Virus record (IMG/VR): IMGVR_UViG_3300011113_000642
Span: 30,855 to 94,854 of that record
Source of the DNA: a virus
Length of the DNA stretch: 64,000 nucleotides
Strand: one strand, 5' to 3'
This document shows, piece by piece, positions 56,145-64,000 of the stretch (within the stretch, counting starts at the first letter, position 1; every line of letters begins with the position of its first letter). The notes under the pieces are model-generated. The model had not been told where the DNA came from. It did no database searches and saw only the letters and a list, made by a program, of their open reading frames with translations. The position numbers and the translations under genes are program-made.

Positions 56145-56817
56145 GGTTTCAGTTTTAGATTATGGTCATGTACAACTTATTGAATACATGGGTTCTGATC
56201 TCAGCGTTGTCAACGCTGCTAGAGTCTCTTTCAATAAAAAAAGCAAGATAACAGAAGATGGAAAGCTACCTGATAGAGACTGCAAACTTATTTCATATTT
56301 GGCAAAGCACAATCACTTCACTCCGTTTTGCCACCCTCAAATCAGTTTGCGTATTAAGTGCCCGATCTTTGTTCGGGCACAACTAGGCAAGCATCAAATT
56401 GGTTTGACCATGAATGAGGTCAGCCGCCGTTATGTAACTTTTGATCCAGAAATTTATGTTCCTATGTGGCGCTCTGCACCTACTGATGGAGCCAAGCAGG
56501 GAAGCAGTGGTGCAATTGAAGATCTAGATCTCTGTATTAAACTTCGTCAAGAATATGACGGCGTTGCTAAAGAATGTTTGGATCTTTATAATCGTTTGTT
56601 GGCCGATGGCGTTGCTCCTGAGCAAGCACGTTCAATTTTGCCACAAGGAACTTATACGGAATTTGTGTGGACTGGTTCTCTCTATGCATTTGCCCGTGTT
56701 TATAAGCTGAGAATCGACAGTCACGCACAATGGGAAATTCAACAGTATGCAAAAGCAATTGATAAAATAATTGCTCCACTTTTCCCAGTTTCGTGGCATA
56801 CTTTAACAACTAAATAA
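56110..56817 (+). CDS. thyX: flavin-dependent thymidylate synthase ThyX (start may be 56131)
   Basis: GSDLSVVNAARVSF, H.TPF, KHQ...NEVSRRY, PEQAR.ILPQ, HAQWEI. Confidence 0.93.
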   Translation: MTQTVISMEQTKVSVLDYGHVQLIEYMGSDLSVVNAARVSFNKKSKITEDGKLPDRDCKLISYLAKHNHFTPFCHPQISLRIKCPIFVRAQLGKHQIGLTMNEVSRRYVTFDPEIYVPMWRSAPTDGAKQGSSGAIEDLDLCIKLRQEYDGVAKECLDLYNRLLADGVAPEQARSILPQGTYTEFVWTGSLYAFARVYKLRIDSHAQWEIQQYAKAIDKIIAPLFPVSWHTLTTK

Positions 56818-56841
56818 AGACACCAACTAGGAGTCTCAAAT

Positions 56842-58731
56842 ATGGCAGAAATTTTATCCCCGTTTCAATCGTTTATTTTTATCTCTCGCTATTCCCGTTG
56901 GCTTCCAGACTACAATCGTAGAGAAAGCTGGGAGGAATGTGTTGAGCGTTGGTGGAATTACTTTACAAACAAAGTTCCTCAACTCGCAGAACGCCCTGAT
57001 GTGAAAGAAGCAATTCTTAATCTTGAAGTTCTTCCATCTATGCGTAGTCTAATGACCGCTGGACCGGCATTGGATCACGATAATACTTGTTTGTACAATT
57101 GTTCTTATTTGCCAATTGATTCTCTTGAATCGTTTGCCGAGTTGTTTGTTATTTTGATGAACGGTACAGGCGTTGGTTATTCTGTTGAACGCCAGTATAC
57201 GGATAAACTTCCTATTGTTGCAAACAAAATTGAAAAAGAATTTAACATCGTTTATGTTGTTGAAGACTCCAAAGAAGGTTGGGGAAACTCTGTTAAATTT
57301 TTGATGGATCATTTGTATGCTGGTCGGCACGTCAAATGGGATCTGAGTAAGATTCGTCCTGCAGGCGCAAGACTTAAGACATTTGGTGGTCGTGCTAGTG
57401 GCCCAGCACCACTTGATAATTTATTTAAATTTCTTGTCAAGGTTTTTTACAATGCTCAGGGGCGCAGACTTACTGCTCTTGAGTGCCACGACATTTGCTG
57501 TGCCATTGCAAATGCTGTAATCGTTGGTGGTGTTCGTCGTTCTGCCATGATTTCTTTGAGCGATCTTGCAGATCGTGAAATGGCTCACTGCAAGAGCGGT
57601 GCATGGTGGGAGCAAGCGGGATTCCGTTCTTATGCAAACAACTCTGCTGTATACCGTGGTCGTCCGCCAATGGGCCAGTTCCTAGAAGAATGGACTTCTC
57701 TTTACAACAGTCACAGTGGTGAACGTGGAATGATTAATCGTAAGGCCCTTCAAGATCAGGCTTCTAAATGGGGCCGCGATGAAAACTGTGAGTACGGAAC
57801 AAATCCATGCTCTGAGATCATTTTAAAGCCATTTGAGTTTTGCAATCTTTCAACCGTTGTAGTTCGTCCCGATGACACGGCAGCAACTTTAAAAAAGAAG
57901 ATTGAAATAGCAACAATTATTGGAACTGTTCAGTCTACATTTGTAAACTTCCCATACCTTCGTCCTGAGTGGAAGAAAAACTGTGAAGAAGAAAGACTGC
58001 TTGGCGTAAGCATGACTGGTATTTATGACAACAAACTTACCAGCGGTCTTGAGGGTAAACCAAAGTTAATTCGTCTACTTGAAAGCCTACGGGATCAGGC
58101 AACTGCTACAAATCTCAAGTGGGCAGAGAAACTTGGAATCAATCCTAGCAAGTCTATTACTTGTGTTAAGCCAGAGGGCACAACTTCTTGCTTGGTAGAT
58201 TCTGCGTCTGGATTGCACCCAAGGTACGCTGATTATTATTATCGTCGTATTCGCATTGACAAAAAGGATCCAATCTATAATCTTATGAAGGATCAAGGTG
58301 TACCCTGTGAAGACGATGTAATTAATCCAGGTAACACTGCTGTCTTCACCTTTGCTATGAAGGCCCCAAGAGGAACAGTTACAACTGAAGATCTTCGTGC
58401 TCTAGATCATTTGGATCTTTGGAAGACTTACCAAGAGCATTACTGCCACCATAAGCCATCTATCACTGTAAACTACCGTGATTCAGAATTCCTTGAGGTT
58501 GGTCAGTGGCTTTGGGAAAACTTTGATGTTGCAACCGGCATTTCATTCTTGCCCGGTGGTGATAGCCACACCTATGCTCAAGCCCCCTTTGAGCAGATTG
58601 ATTCTGCCACTTATGCTGCACATCCAAAGGTTAAAGTTAACTTTAAAGATCTCTCTAAATATGAGGCCGAAGATAACACCGAGGCTGCAAAAGAATTTGC
58701 ATGCAGCGCAGGAGGTTGTCAGATAGTGTGA
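56842..58731 (+). CDS. nrdJ: class II (adenosylcobalamin-dependent) ribonucleotide reductase
   Basis: YNCSY, GTGVG, GGVRRSA, TNPCSE, VKPEGT, C-terminal CSAGGC; no beta-subunit gene adjacent. Confidence 0.92.
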   Translation: MAEILSPFQSFIFISRYSRWLPDYNRRESWEECVERWWNYFTNKVPQLAERPDVKEAILNLEVLPSMRSLMTAGPALDHDNTCLYNCSYLPIDSLESFAELFVILMNGTGVGYSVERQYTDKLPIVANKIEKEFNIVYVVEDSKEGWGNSVKFLMDHLYAGRHVKWDLSKIRPAGARLKTFGGRASGPAPLDNLFKFLVKVFYNAQGRRLTALECHDICCAIANAVIVGGVRRSAMISLSDLADREMAHCKSGAWWEQAGFRSYANNSAVYRGRPPMGQFLEEWTSLYNSHSGERGMINRKALQDQASKWGRDENCEYGTNPCSEIILKPFEFCNLSTVVVRPDDTAATLKKKIEIATIIGTVQSTFVNFPYLRPEWKKNCEEERLLGVSMTGIYDNKLTSGLEGKPKLIRLLESLRDQATATNLKWAEKLGINPSKSITCVKPEGTTSCLVDSASGLHPRYADYYYRRIRIDKKDPIYNLMKDQGVPCEDDVINPGNTAVFTFAMKAPRGTVTTEDLRALDHLDLWKTYQEHYCHHKPSITVNYRDSEFLEVGQWLWENFDVATGISFLPGGDSHTYAQAPFEQIDSATYAAHPKVKVNFKDLSKYEAEDNTEAAKEFACSAGGCQIV

Positions 58732-58738
58732 CATAAAT

Positions 58739-58811
58739 TCCTCTGTAGCTCAGTAGGTAGAGCGGGAAGCTGTTAACTTCCATGTCACTGGTTCGATTCC
58801 AGTCGGAGGAG
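58739..58811 (+). tRNA. tRNA-Asn (GTT), no encoded CCA
   Basis: Acceptor TCCTCTG/CGGAGGA, anticodon arm GGAAG-CTGTTAA-CTTCC, T-loop GGTTCGATTCC. Confidence 0.95.
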
Positions 58812-58818
58812 TATAAAT

Positions 58819-58851
58819 AAAAAATTTCACCCAAAAGGTGAAATTTTTTTT
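58819..58851 (+). terminator. hairpin/terminator after the tRNA
   Basis: AAAAATTTCACC-CAAAA-GGTGAAATTTTT followed by T-tract. Confidence 0.75.
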
Positions 58852-58862
58852 CATAAATATTT

Positions 58863-58955
58863 TTGTCAGGGATGGTGGGTTAGTTCCACGTAATCTTTTT
58901 GGAGTTCTTCGAAGTAGTCTCCATCGTATTACTAAGGAACGACCATCTCTGGCAA
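58863..58955 (+). ncRNA. candidate structured ncRNA (rod-like, ~93 nt)
   Basis: 14-bp closing stem with 2 G-U pairs plus three nested 5-bp helices; CATAAATA immediately upstream. Confidence 0.6.
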
Positions 58956-58969
58956 CGGTATAAATAATT

Positions 58970-59518
58970 ATGTTCACCATGTTAGTCGGCATTGATTATT
59001 CTATAACCAGCCCAGCAATCTGTCTTTTTGATGAAAAGCGAGAATTTTCTTTCTCCAATTGCTCTTTTTACTTTTTAACGAATACTAAAAAGTATGCCAC
59101 AAAAATTGCTCCAAATATTAATGGAGAGGGTTTTGAGGAGTATGCCTACGATACTGAAAGATTTGATACAATTTCAGAGTGGGCTGCAAATTTGTGTATT
59201 GGAGCTGCAGACGTAGCAATTGAGGGCTACGCATACGGGGCACATGGCAAAATTTTTAATTTAGCCGAGAACTGTGGAATTTTGAAATACAAGCTCCATA
59301 AGCTCGCCGTTCCCGTGACGGTCGTGGAGCCCTCCCGCGTCAAGAAACTCGCCACAGGCAAAGGTAACGCTGATAAACAGGCAATGTATGAAGCCTTCAA
59401 GACCGAGACGGGAATAGATTTAGTTCAAATTTTTGAGCAAAAATCTTTAAATAATCCGGTCACGGATATTATCGACAGTTACTATATTTTAAAACATTTG
59501 GTCCAAGCAAAAATTTAA
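58970..59518 (+). CDS. RuvC-like Holliday junction resolvase/nuclease
   Basis: GIDYSITSPA, AIEGYAYG, KKLATGKGNADK, DIIDSY; TATAAATA at 58959. Confidence 0.8.
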   Translation: MFTMLVGIDYSITSPAICLFDEKREFSFSNCSFYFLTNTKKYATKIAPNINGEGFEEYAYDTERFDTISEWAANLCIGAADVAIEGYAYGAHGKIFNLAENCGILKYKLHKLAVPVTVVEPSRVKKLATGKGNADKQAMYEAFKTETGIDLVQIFEQKSLNNPVTDIIDSYYILKHLVQAKI

Positions 59519-59820
59519 CGGACAACTCTTCCAGCATTCATTCTGGCACTGTGATCCAATTTTTCATGGAATCGCTTTGGTACTTGACCACTGCTTTTAA
59601 TTTTGTCAATAACCTCTTTAAATTGGCTACCTACAACTTTTTGAGGAGTCAAAGTTGCATCCATTGCAAGAGATGGGGTGCTAGCACCCCAATCACGAAT
59701 AATCTTTTTCTTTTTGCACTTGGGGCAAGGCTTTTTTAAAGGCTCATCTCTATTTGAGAGGCTTAACATTTCATCAAATGTATGTTCACATTTTTCACAT
59801 TTAAAAGCATAATTAGGCAT
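59515..59820 (-). CDS. FmdB-family zinc-ribbon protein
   Basis: MPNYAFKCEKCEHTF...CPKC. Confidence 0.82.
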   Translation of the reverse strand: MPNYAFKCEKCEHTFDEMLSLSNRDEPLKKPCPKCKKKKIIRDWGASTPSLAMDATLTPQKVVGSQFKEVIDKIKSSGQVPKRFHEKLDHSARMNAGRVVR

Positions 59821-60310
59821 TTTTGTTTCTCTTAAAAGTAATTAGCATGTGATCAAACAAGAATCCATAAGAAGGCTCTTTTGGTTTATTTTTAATTTCC
59901 ATTTTGGCTTCTTTGGGAGTCCTATTGCCTTTAGACAAATTGCAAGGTTTACATGCAGCAACCATGTTTGTCCATGTCGATCCACCACCACGACAACGAG
60001 GTACAATATGATCTATTGTGGCAGTTTTATCGCAAAGATCTTTGCCACAATATTGGCAAACATATTGATCCCGGTGAAATACATTTCTACGGGTCGGAGG
60101 AACCTTTTTAAAAGGTAGTTTGACGTAATATTTAAGAATTAAAATTTTAGGAATTTTAACAATTTTTGATACTGAAATCAATTCATAAAATTCTGGACTT
60201 GTTTCATCAATCCAAACTTTATCATTTGACATTAACTTAAAAGCTTTGCCGACAGTGATAATATTCAGGGGGGTATTGTCTTGGTTGAGCAAGAGTACTT
60301 GCTTTTTCAT
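59813..60310 (-). CDS. HNH endonuclease (McrA-like)
   Basis: VLLLN, RD...CQYCG, TIDHIVP..RGG..TW.N.VAAC..CN..KG; start moved to ATG 60310. Confidence 0.9.
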   Translation of the reverse strand: MKKQVLLLNQDNTPLNIITVGKAFKLMSNDKVWIDETSPEFYELISVSKIVKIPKILILKYYVKLPFKKVPPTRRNVFHRDQYVCQYCGKDLCDKTATIDHIVPRCRGGGSTWTNMVAACKPCNLSKGNRTPKEAKMEIKNKPKEPSYGFLFDHMLITFKRNKNA

Positions 60311-60320
60311 ACCTTTTAAG

Positions 60321-60340
60321 TATTTATGAAAATCTAAATA
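60321..60340. promoter_or_regulatory. back-to-back late promoters
   Basis: CATAAATA on the minus strand (60321-60328) and TCTAAATA on the plus strand (60333-60340). Confidence 0.55.
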
Positions 60341-60350
60341 TTTTACAGCC

Positions 60351-62018
60351 ATGGATAATAAAAACGATAGAAAATTTTATTGGGAAGTTAAAGATTTTAT
60401 GACTTCACGGAATACACATAACCCTATTCCGTCATACACACCAAAACCAAGTATTGCTGACCAAGCAAAAATAATTTTGGAAAAGAAACAGAATCTTCCA
60501 TCAAAGCCTTTGGAAGTTAATAATACCATAATGAATGCTGCTTGTCAAGTAATTGGTAGGCACCAAAAACAAGAATCCGGCTACGACCCTAAATCTCAGG
60601 CTTTTAGTAAAAATAGTGATGTTAATAGTTTTAGAGGAATGAATGAGGGATATTGGGAAGATTTTAAAGCAGGGTTAGCAGAAGTGGGTAACTTTAAAAC
60701 AAATATTATTGGAAAAGGTCAAGGAGCTGGGAGTTATAATGCAATGCTTCCAATGACAGCAGACGAGTCTAGACAAAAAGCTTCTTTAAGGCGAGCAGGG
60801 CAAGCATTAAATTTAAATGCACGACAATTAAATTTACAACAAGTGGCAAATCCGGGATTGGTAAAACAATCTGATGTTACTAATTTACTTTCTCAAAAAA
60901 CATCTTCTGGTGTAAATTTGCTTGGTGATGCTGATCGCCAAAAAGCAAATGATTTATTTGGTAACTTAGTTGCACAAGAGTTTGAAGATAAAAAGAGTAC
61001 TTCGACAGCAATTGCCGGTGTTGATACAGAAGGGCCACCCTCCAGTTTAAGTGGCTCTCCAACAACTACTGGAGCTTTTGGTATGTCAACACCATCTTTT
61101 GGTGGTGATGTCAGCGATAAAACAAAAGGTTTACTTGCATCTATGGATGCCAAAAAAGTCAGCACAGCTTCTCCTACACCAACAAATGCTGGAGATATTG
61201 ATAAATCGCAAAATTTGAAAAAAGAAAAACGCCGACAACAAACAGCAGAAAGATTGGGAAGAGATCTTGAAAGATTGAGAGGTAAAGATGTTTCTCAATT
61301 AACCGATCTCGAAAAAGTAAAGTTAAGACTTGCACAAGAGCGATTATCTTCTGATTCAGAAATGGCAGAAAGAGTAAAAAAATTAACTGCTCGCGGTGGG
61401 CCTGTACCTCAAGGGCCGACTCCCAGCGGTGGTAATTTAGGTGATGACGAAGATTTAGTTGGCAGAACTTTAAATTTAACGAAAGATCAAACACAAATAG
61501 CCAGAGCAAGAAGAGTGGATGCTGCAGACAGTGATGAACGTATTTCTGGCTCATCTATGTCTTATGGACAATTTCACAATTTAACTGGTCGTAAATATGA
61601 TGCTTTTAGTGATTTGGATCGTAAAATTGTCATTAATATGGCTGGCGGGGGAAAATTAACTCCAGGAAATTATAATCCAAATCAAATGAGTCAAGGTGAA
61701 GCAGGATTTATGACTGGAGCAAATTATGCGTTTAGAGCAAATGAAAGAGAACGTACAGCTAATGCGGCAGCATTTAGACAACAAGATGCAGCAGCAAAAC
61801 AACAGGAACTAGAAAATACACCAGAATATAAAGAAGCTCAAAGAAAACAAGCAGCCCAAAATAGAGCTAATTTAGAAGCAGAAGTTGAGGGAGATCTTGC
61901 TAAAGAATATGGTGTAGACACTGAAACAATAAGAAGAGCTAGAACTGCGGGTGTAAATCCAAGAGATTTAGCAAATCAATCACAACAATCAAGACCAAGC
62001 CCAATGCAACAAACTTAA
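60351..62018 (+). CDS. large low-complexity hypothetical protein, possibly head-internal
   Basis: 555-aa ORF rich in Q/A/S/G behind a late-promoter-like site. Confidence 0.7.
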   Translation: MDNKNDRKFYWEVKDFMTSRNTHNPIPSYTPKPSIADQAKIILEKKQNLPSKPLEVNNTIMNAACQVIGRHQKQESGYDPKSQAFSKNSDVNSFRGMNEGYWEDFKAGLAEVGNFKTNIIGKGQGAGSYNAMLPMTADESRQKASLRRAGQALNLNARQLNLQQVANPGLVKQSDVTNLLSQKTSSGVNLLGDADRQKANDLFGNLVAQEFEDKKSTSTAIAGVDTEGPPSSLSGSPTTTGAFGMSTPSFGGDVSDKTKGLLASMDAKKVSTASPTPTNAGDIDKSQNLKKEKRRQQTAERLGRDLERLRGKDVSQLTDLEKVKLRLAQERLSSDSEMAERVKKLTARGGPVPQGPTPSGGNLGDDEDLVGRTLNLTKDQTQIARARRVDAADSDERISGSSMSYGQFHNLTGRKYDAFSDLDRKIVINMAGGGKLTPGNYNPNQMSQGEAGFMTGANYAFRANERERTANAAAFRQQDAAAKQQELENTPEYKEAQRKQAAQNRANLEAEVEGDLAKEYGVDTETIRRARTAGVNPRDLANQSQQSRPSPMQQT

Positions 62019-62086
62019 TCTGTTGTAAACAGGCTACTCGGTAAATAATTTATAATTTTTGGATAAATAACTAAAGAGCAATAATT

Positions 62087-64000
62087 ATGGCAAGATCTTT
62101 ACATCCACTAGTTCATAGTTTACTAGAACAAAGATATCAACAAAATTTAGTAAATGAAAATATTGCTTCTGATGCCTGGGAAGGTGTAAAAAGTGGATGG
62201 GGTAAGTTTAGAGGTGCGTGGGAAAAGAAACGAGAAGAATTGGGACAACAATTACAAGATGTAGCCACAGAAACAGGGTTTGCAGATTTTGCTGCAGAAT
62301 ATATTCCTGGTGTTGCTGGAATGGCCGTAGTAGAAGTTCCCCTCGCAAAACAAGATCCAAAAGCATATGATAAAGCCAGATCAGAATTGGCAATGGAATT
62401 GGTTAAAGCAAAAAAACAAGCATTTGATAATAAAGAAACCGGTGTTTCTGAAACTGATATTTTAAGTAGAGCTGTTGCAAATAAACCGGAACTTGCAAAA
62501 ATATTAACCAAAGACGAATATGAAAGTTTGTCTGGTGGGAGCATATCAAATCCTTTACAAATAAATGTAAAGAAAGTAGATGAAAAAGGTAAAGAATCTG
62601 AAACTCCTGCTGTTGTTATGCAAAAATGGTCTGGAATGGATCCAGGAGCAGAAATTCTTTATAGAACTCTTCGTGGAGCCGAAGAAAGCTTATTAACACC
62701 AGAAGGAATAGCAACCGGAGCAGCGTTTGGTGCTGCATTTAAAACTGCCGGTGCAGCCGCTGCTGCTGCTGGTAAAGCAATAGCACCAAAATTAGCACCA
62801 AAAGCGGTTGCTGCTGCTGCTGAAATATTGCCAGGTGCTGCTCGCGCAAGAGGAGCTGAAGAACTAGGTGCTGCTGTTGGTCAACGGGCCGTAGATATTG
62901 CAGGATTGGGTTTGCTAGGATATTCTGGAATAAAAGCCGGTTCTGAAGGTAAACTACCAGAATTTGTTGGTGGTGTTGCAGGTGGTGTCTTACCATTCTC
63001 GGTAGGCGCAAAGGGAGTAGAGTTGGGTGGCAAAGGAGTAAAGGCCGCAACTGCCCCAGAATTAAATGTTATGGGCGAACCATTAAAGCCCGTTCAACAA
63101 CAACCAACAAAATTTCCAGAACCTGAGTGGGTTGGTAAAAAATATCCAGAATTTGTTGCACCCGAAGGAAAAGCTCAAACGTCTGCAAAACCAAGCGAGG
63201 TAAGTGTTTCTCCAAAACCAGCTGAACCATCTGCAAAACCAGAAACACCAAAAGAAACTATTGGTTATGGTGAATTTAAAGCGGTCCCAGAAACTTTACG
63301 TGATTTGGCAACAGCGAGACAAGAGGGGCGCGGAACATGGACTCCCGGTTCCAAGCCTCAAACATTGTATAAATTACAGCCTTCTATATGGAAATTTGGT
63401 GAACAACCAACTGGTCCAAAAATGGGTGAATATTTTGAAGTGCAACCAACTTCTAAACAAGCCCAATCAATTTATGGTTTAGAAACACCAGAAGTATCCG
63501 ATTTTGATGCAAAATTTTTTCCTTATGGTAAACCGGCTGGTTTTGGTAAAGTAGTTGTAAAACCAGTTGGACTACCAAGACCACAAACCAGTGGAATGCC
63601 ACAAACAACAAAAGCAACAACAGCAGAAAAAGCAAAAGCAGTAGCAGCCGGTGTTGCTGGTTTGTTGGGATTAGAGGGCCCAGAGTTTGTTACAAGACAA
63701 GCTCCAGTAAAACCAGAGATTGTTGCAGTTTCAAGAGCACCTAAAGCAACCGAGGCTGCACCAGAAGTAGTTGTCGGGGAGCCCGTTGCAAAAGAAACAA
63801 CAACTGCTGAACCATCGAAAGTAAAAGTAACTCGTAAAGCACCAAAAGTAGGTAAAGAAACAAAAGTACCAGAAGCAGGTAAAGCACCTGCTCAAGCACC
63901 TGCTCAAGCACCTGCTCAAGCACCTCCTCAAGCACCTGCTCAAGCACCTGCTCAAGCACCTGCTCAAGCACCTCCTCAAGCACCTGCTCAAGCACCTGCT
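62087..64000 (+). CDS. large Ala/Pro/Gly-rich protein, 3'-truncated, not in ORF track
   Basis: ATG 62087 after GATAAATA; MARSLHPLVHSLLEQRYQQNLVNEN...; frame appears open to window end, finishing in (APAQ)n. Confidence 0.8.
   Translation, partial: MARSLHPLVHSLLEQRYQQNLVNENIASDAWEGVKSGWGKFRGAWEKKREELGQQLQDVATETGFADFAAEYIPGVAGMAVVEVPLAKQDPKAYDKARSELAMELVKAKKQAFDNKETGVSETDILSRAVANKPELAKILTKDEYESLSGGSISNPLQINVKKVDEKGKESETPAVVMQKWSGMDPGAEILYRTLRGAEESLLTPEGIATGAAFGAAFKTAGAAAAAAGKAIAPKLAPKAVAAAAEILPGAARARGAEELGAAVGQRAVDIAGLGLLGYSGIKAGSEGKLPEFVGGVAGGVLPFSVGAKGVELGGKGVKAATAPELNVMGEPLKPVQQQPTKFPEPEWVGKKYPEFVAPEGKAQTSAKPSEVSVSPKPAEPSAKPETPKETIGYGEFKAVPETLRDLATARQEGRGTWTPGSKPQTLYKLQPSIWKFGEQPTGPKMGEYFEVQPTSKQAQSIYGLETPEVSDFDAKFFPYGKPAGFGKVVVKPVGLPRPQTSGMPQTTKATTAEKAKAVAAGVAGLLGLEGPEFVTRQAPVKPEIVAVSRAPKATEAAPEVVVGEPVAKETTTAEPSKVKVTRKAPKVGKETKVPEAGKAPAQAPAQAPAQAPPQAPAQAPAQAPAQAPPQAPAQAPA
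63884..64000 (+). repeat. 12-bp tandem repeat GCACCT(G/C)CTCAA, at least 9.75 copies
   Basis: Encodes (APAQ)3-APPQ with 48-bp higher-order periodicity. Confidence 0.95.

Noticed and set aside
2288-58731. Inteins or introns in terminase, polymerase, helicase or RNR
   Set aside because: All have ordinary lengths and contiguous motifs; no splice-junction motifs or interruptions seen.
58750-58992. 80-aa minus-strand ORF
   Set aside because: Overlaps tRNA-Asn, its terminator and the structured RNA; no coding features.
63884-64000. Possible CRISPR array or antisense LEQV/RCLS-repeat ORFs
   Set aside because: Contiguous 12-bp units with no spacers; they encode APAQ in the long plus-strand ORF, and the minus-strand ORFs are shadows.
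1-64000. Alternative genetic code
   Set aside because: Core genes are full length under the standard code and coding density is high.

Overview
The window is a 64-kb piece of a large, AT-rich T4-like myophage genome in the standard genetic code. It holds the neck/packaging/tail/head block (gp13-14-15-16-17-18-19-19'-20-[67-like]-21-X-22-23-3) and an inverted uvsY-uvsW cassette. A ~12-kb, 14-gene glycan biosynthesis island follows (GT25, GT11, GT2/7, CgeB-like GT, two FkbM-type methyltransferases, Gmd plus a Gmd-like SDR, an NDP-sugar C-methyltransferase, two GT4, GT8-like, GT6, epimerase). Next come gp55-47-46-45-44-62-regA and a GT2-TPR glycosyltransferase in front of a ~11-kb cluster of Gly-X-Thr collagen-like fibre/adhesin genes. 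The rest is dUTPase, a minus-strand membrane/lysis cassette ending in a PEP-CTERM-like protein, gp43-uvsX-gp41-gp61-thyX-nrdJ, tRNA-Asn, a candidate ~93-nt rod-shaped ncRNA, RuvC-like, FmdB-like and HNH genes, and two large low-complexity late proteins. The strongest candidate for a new system is phage-encoded virion-wide O-glycosylation: Gly-X-Thr/Ser motifs are concentrated in surface-exposed parts of capsid, neck, sheath and fibre proteins, next to a protein-targeting GT2-TPR and a branched/methylated-sugar pathway. Other highlights are the PEP-CTERM sorting signal, the structured ncRNA, and a set of sigma70-type promoters whose -10 box lies 6 nt from the start codon (leaderless mRNAs). All annotations come from motif recognition and synteny by eye; no searches were run.
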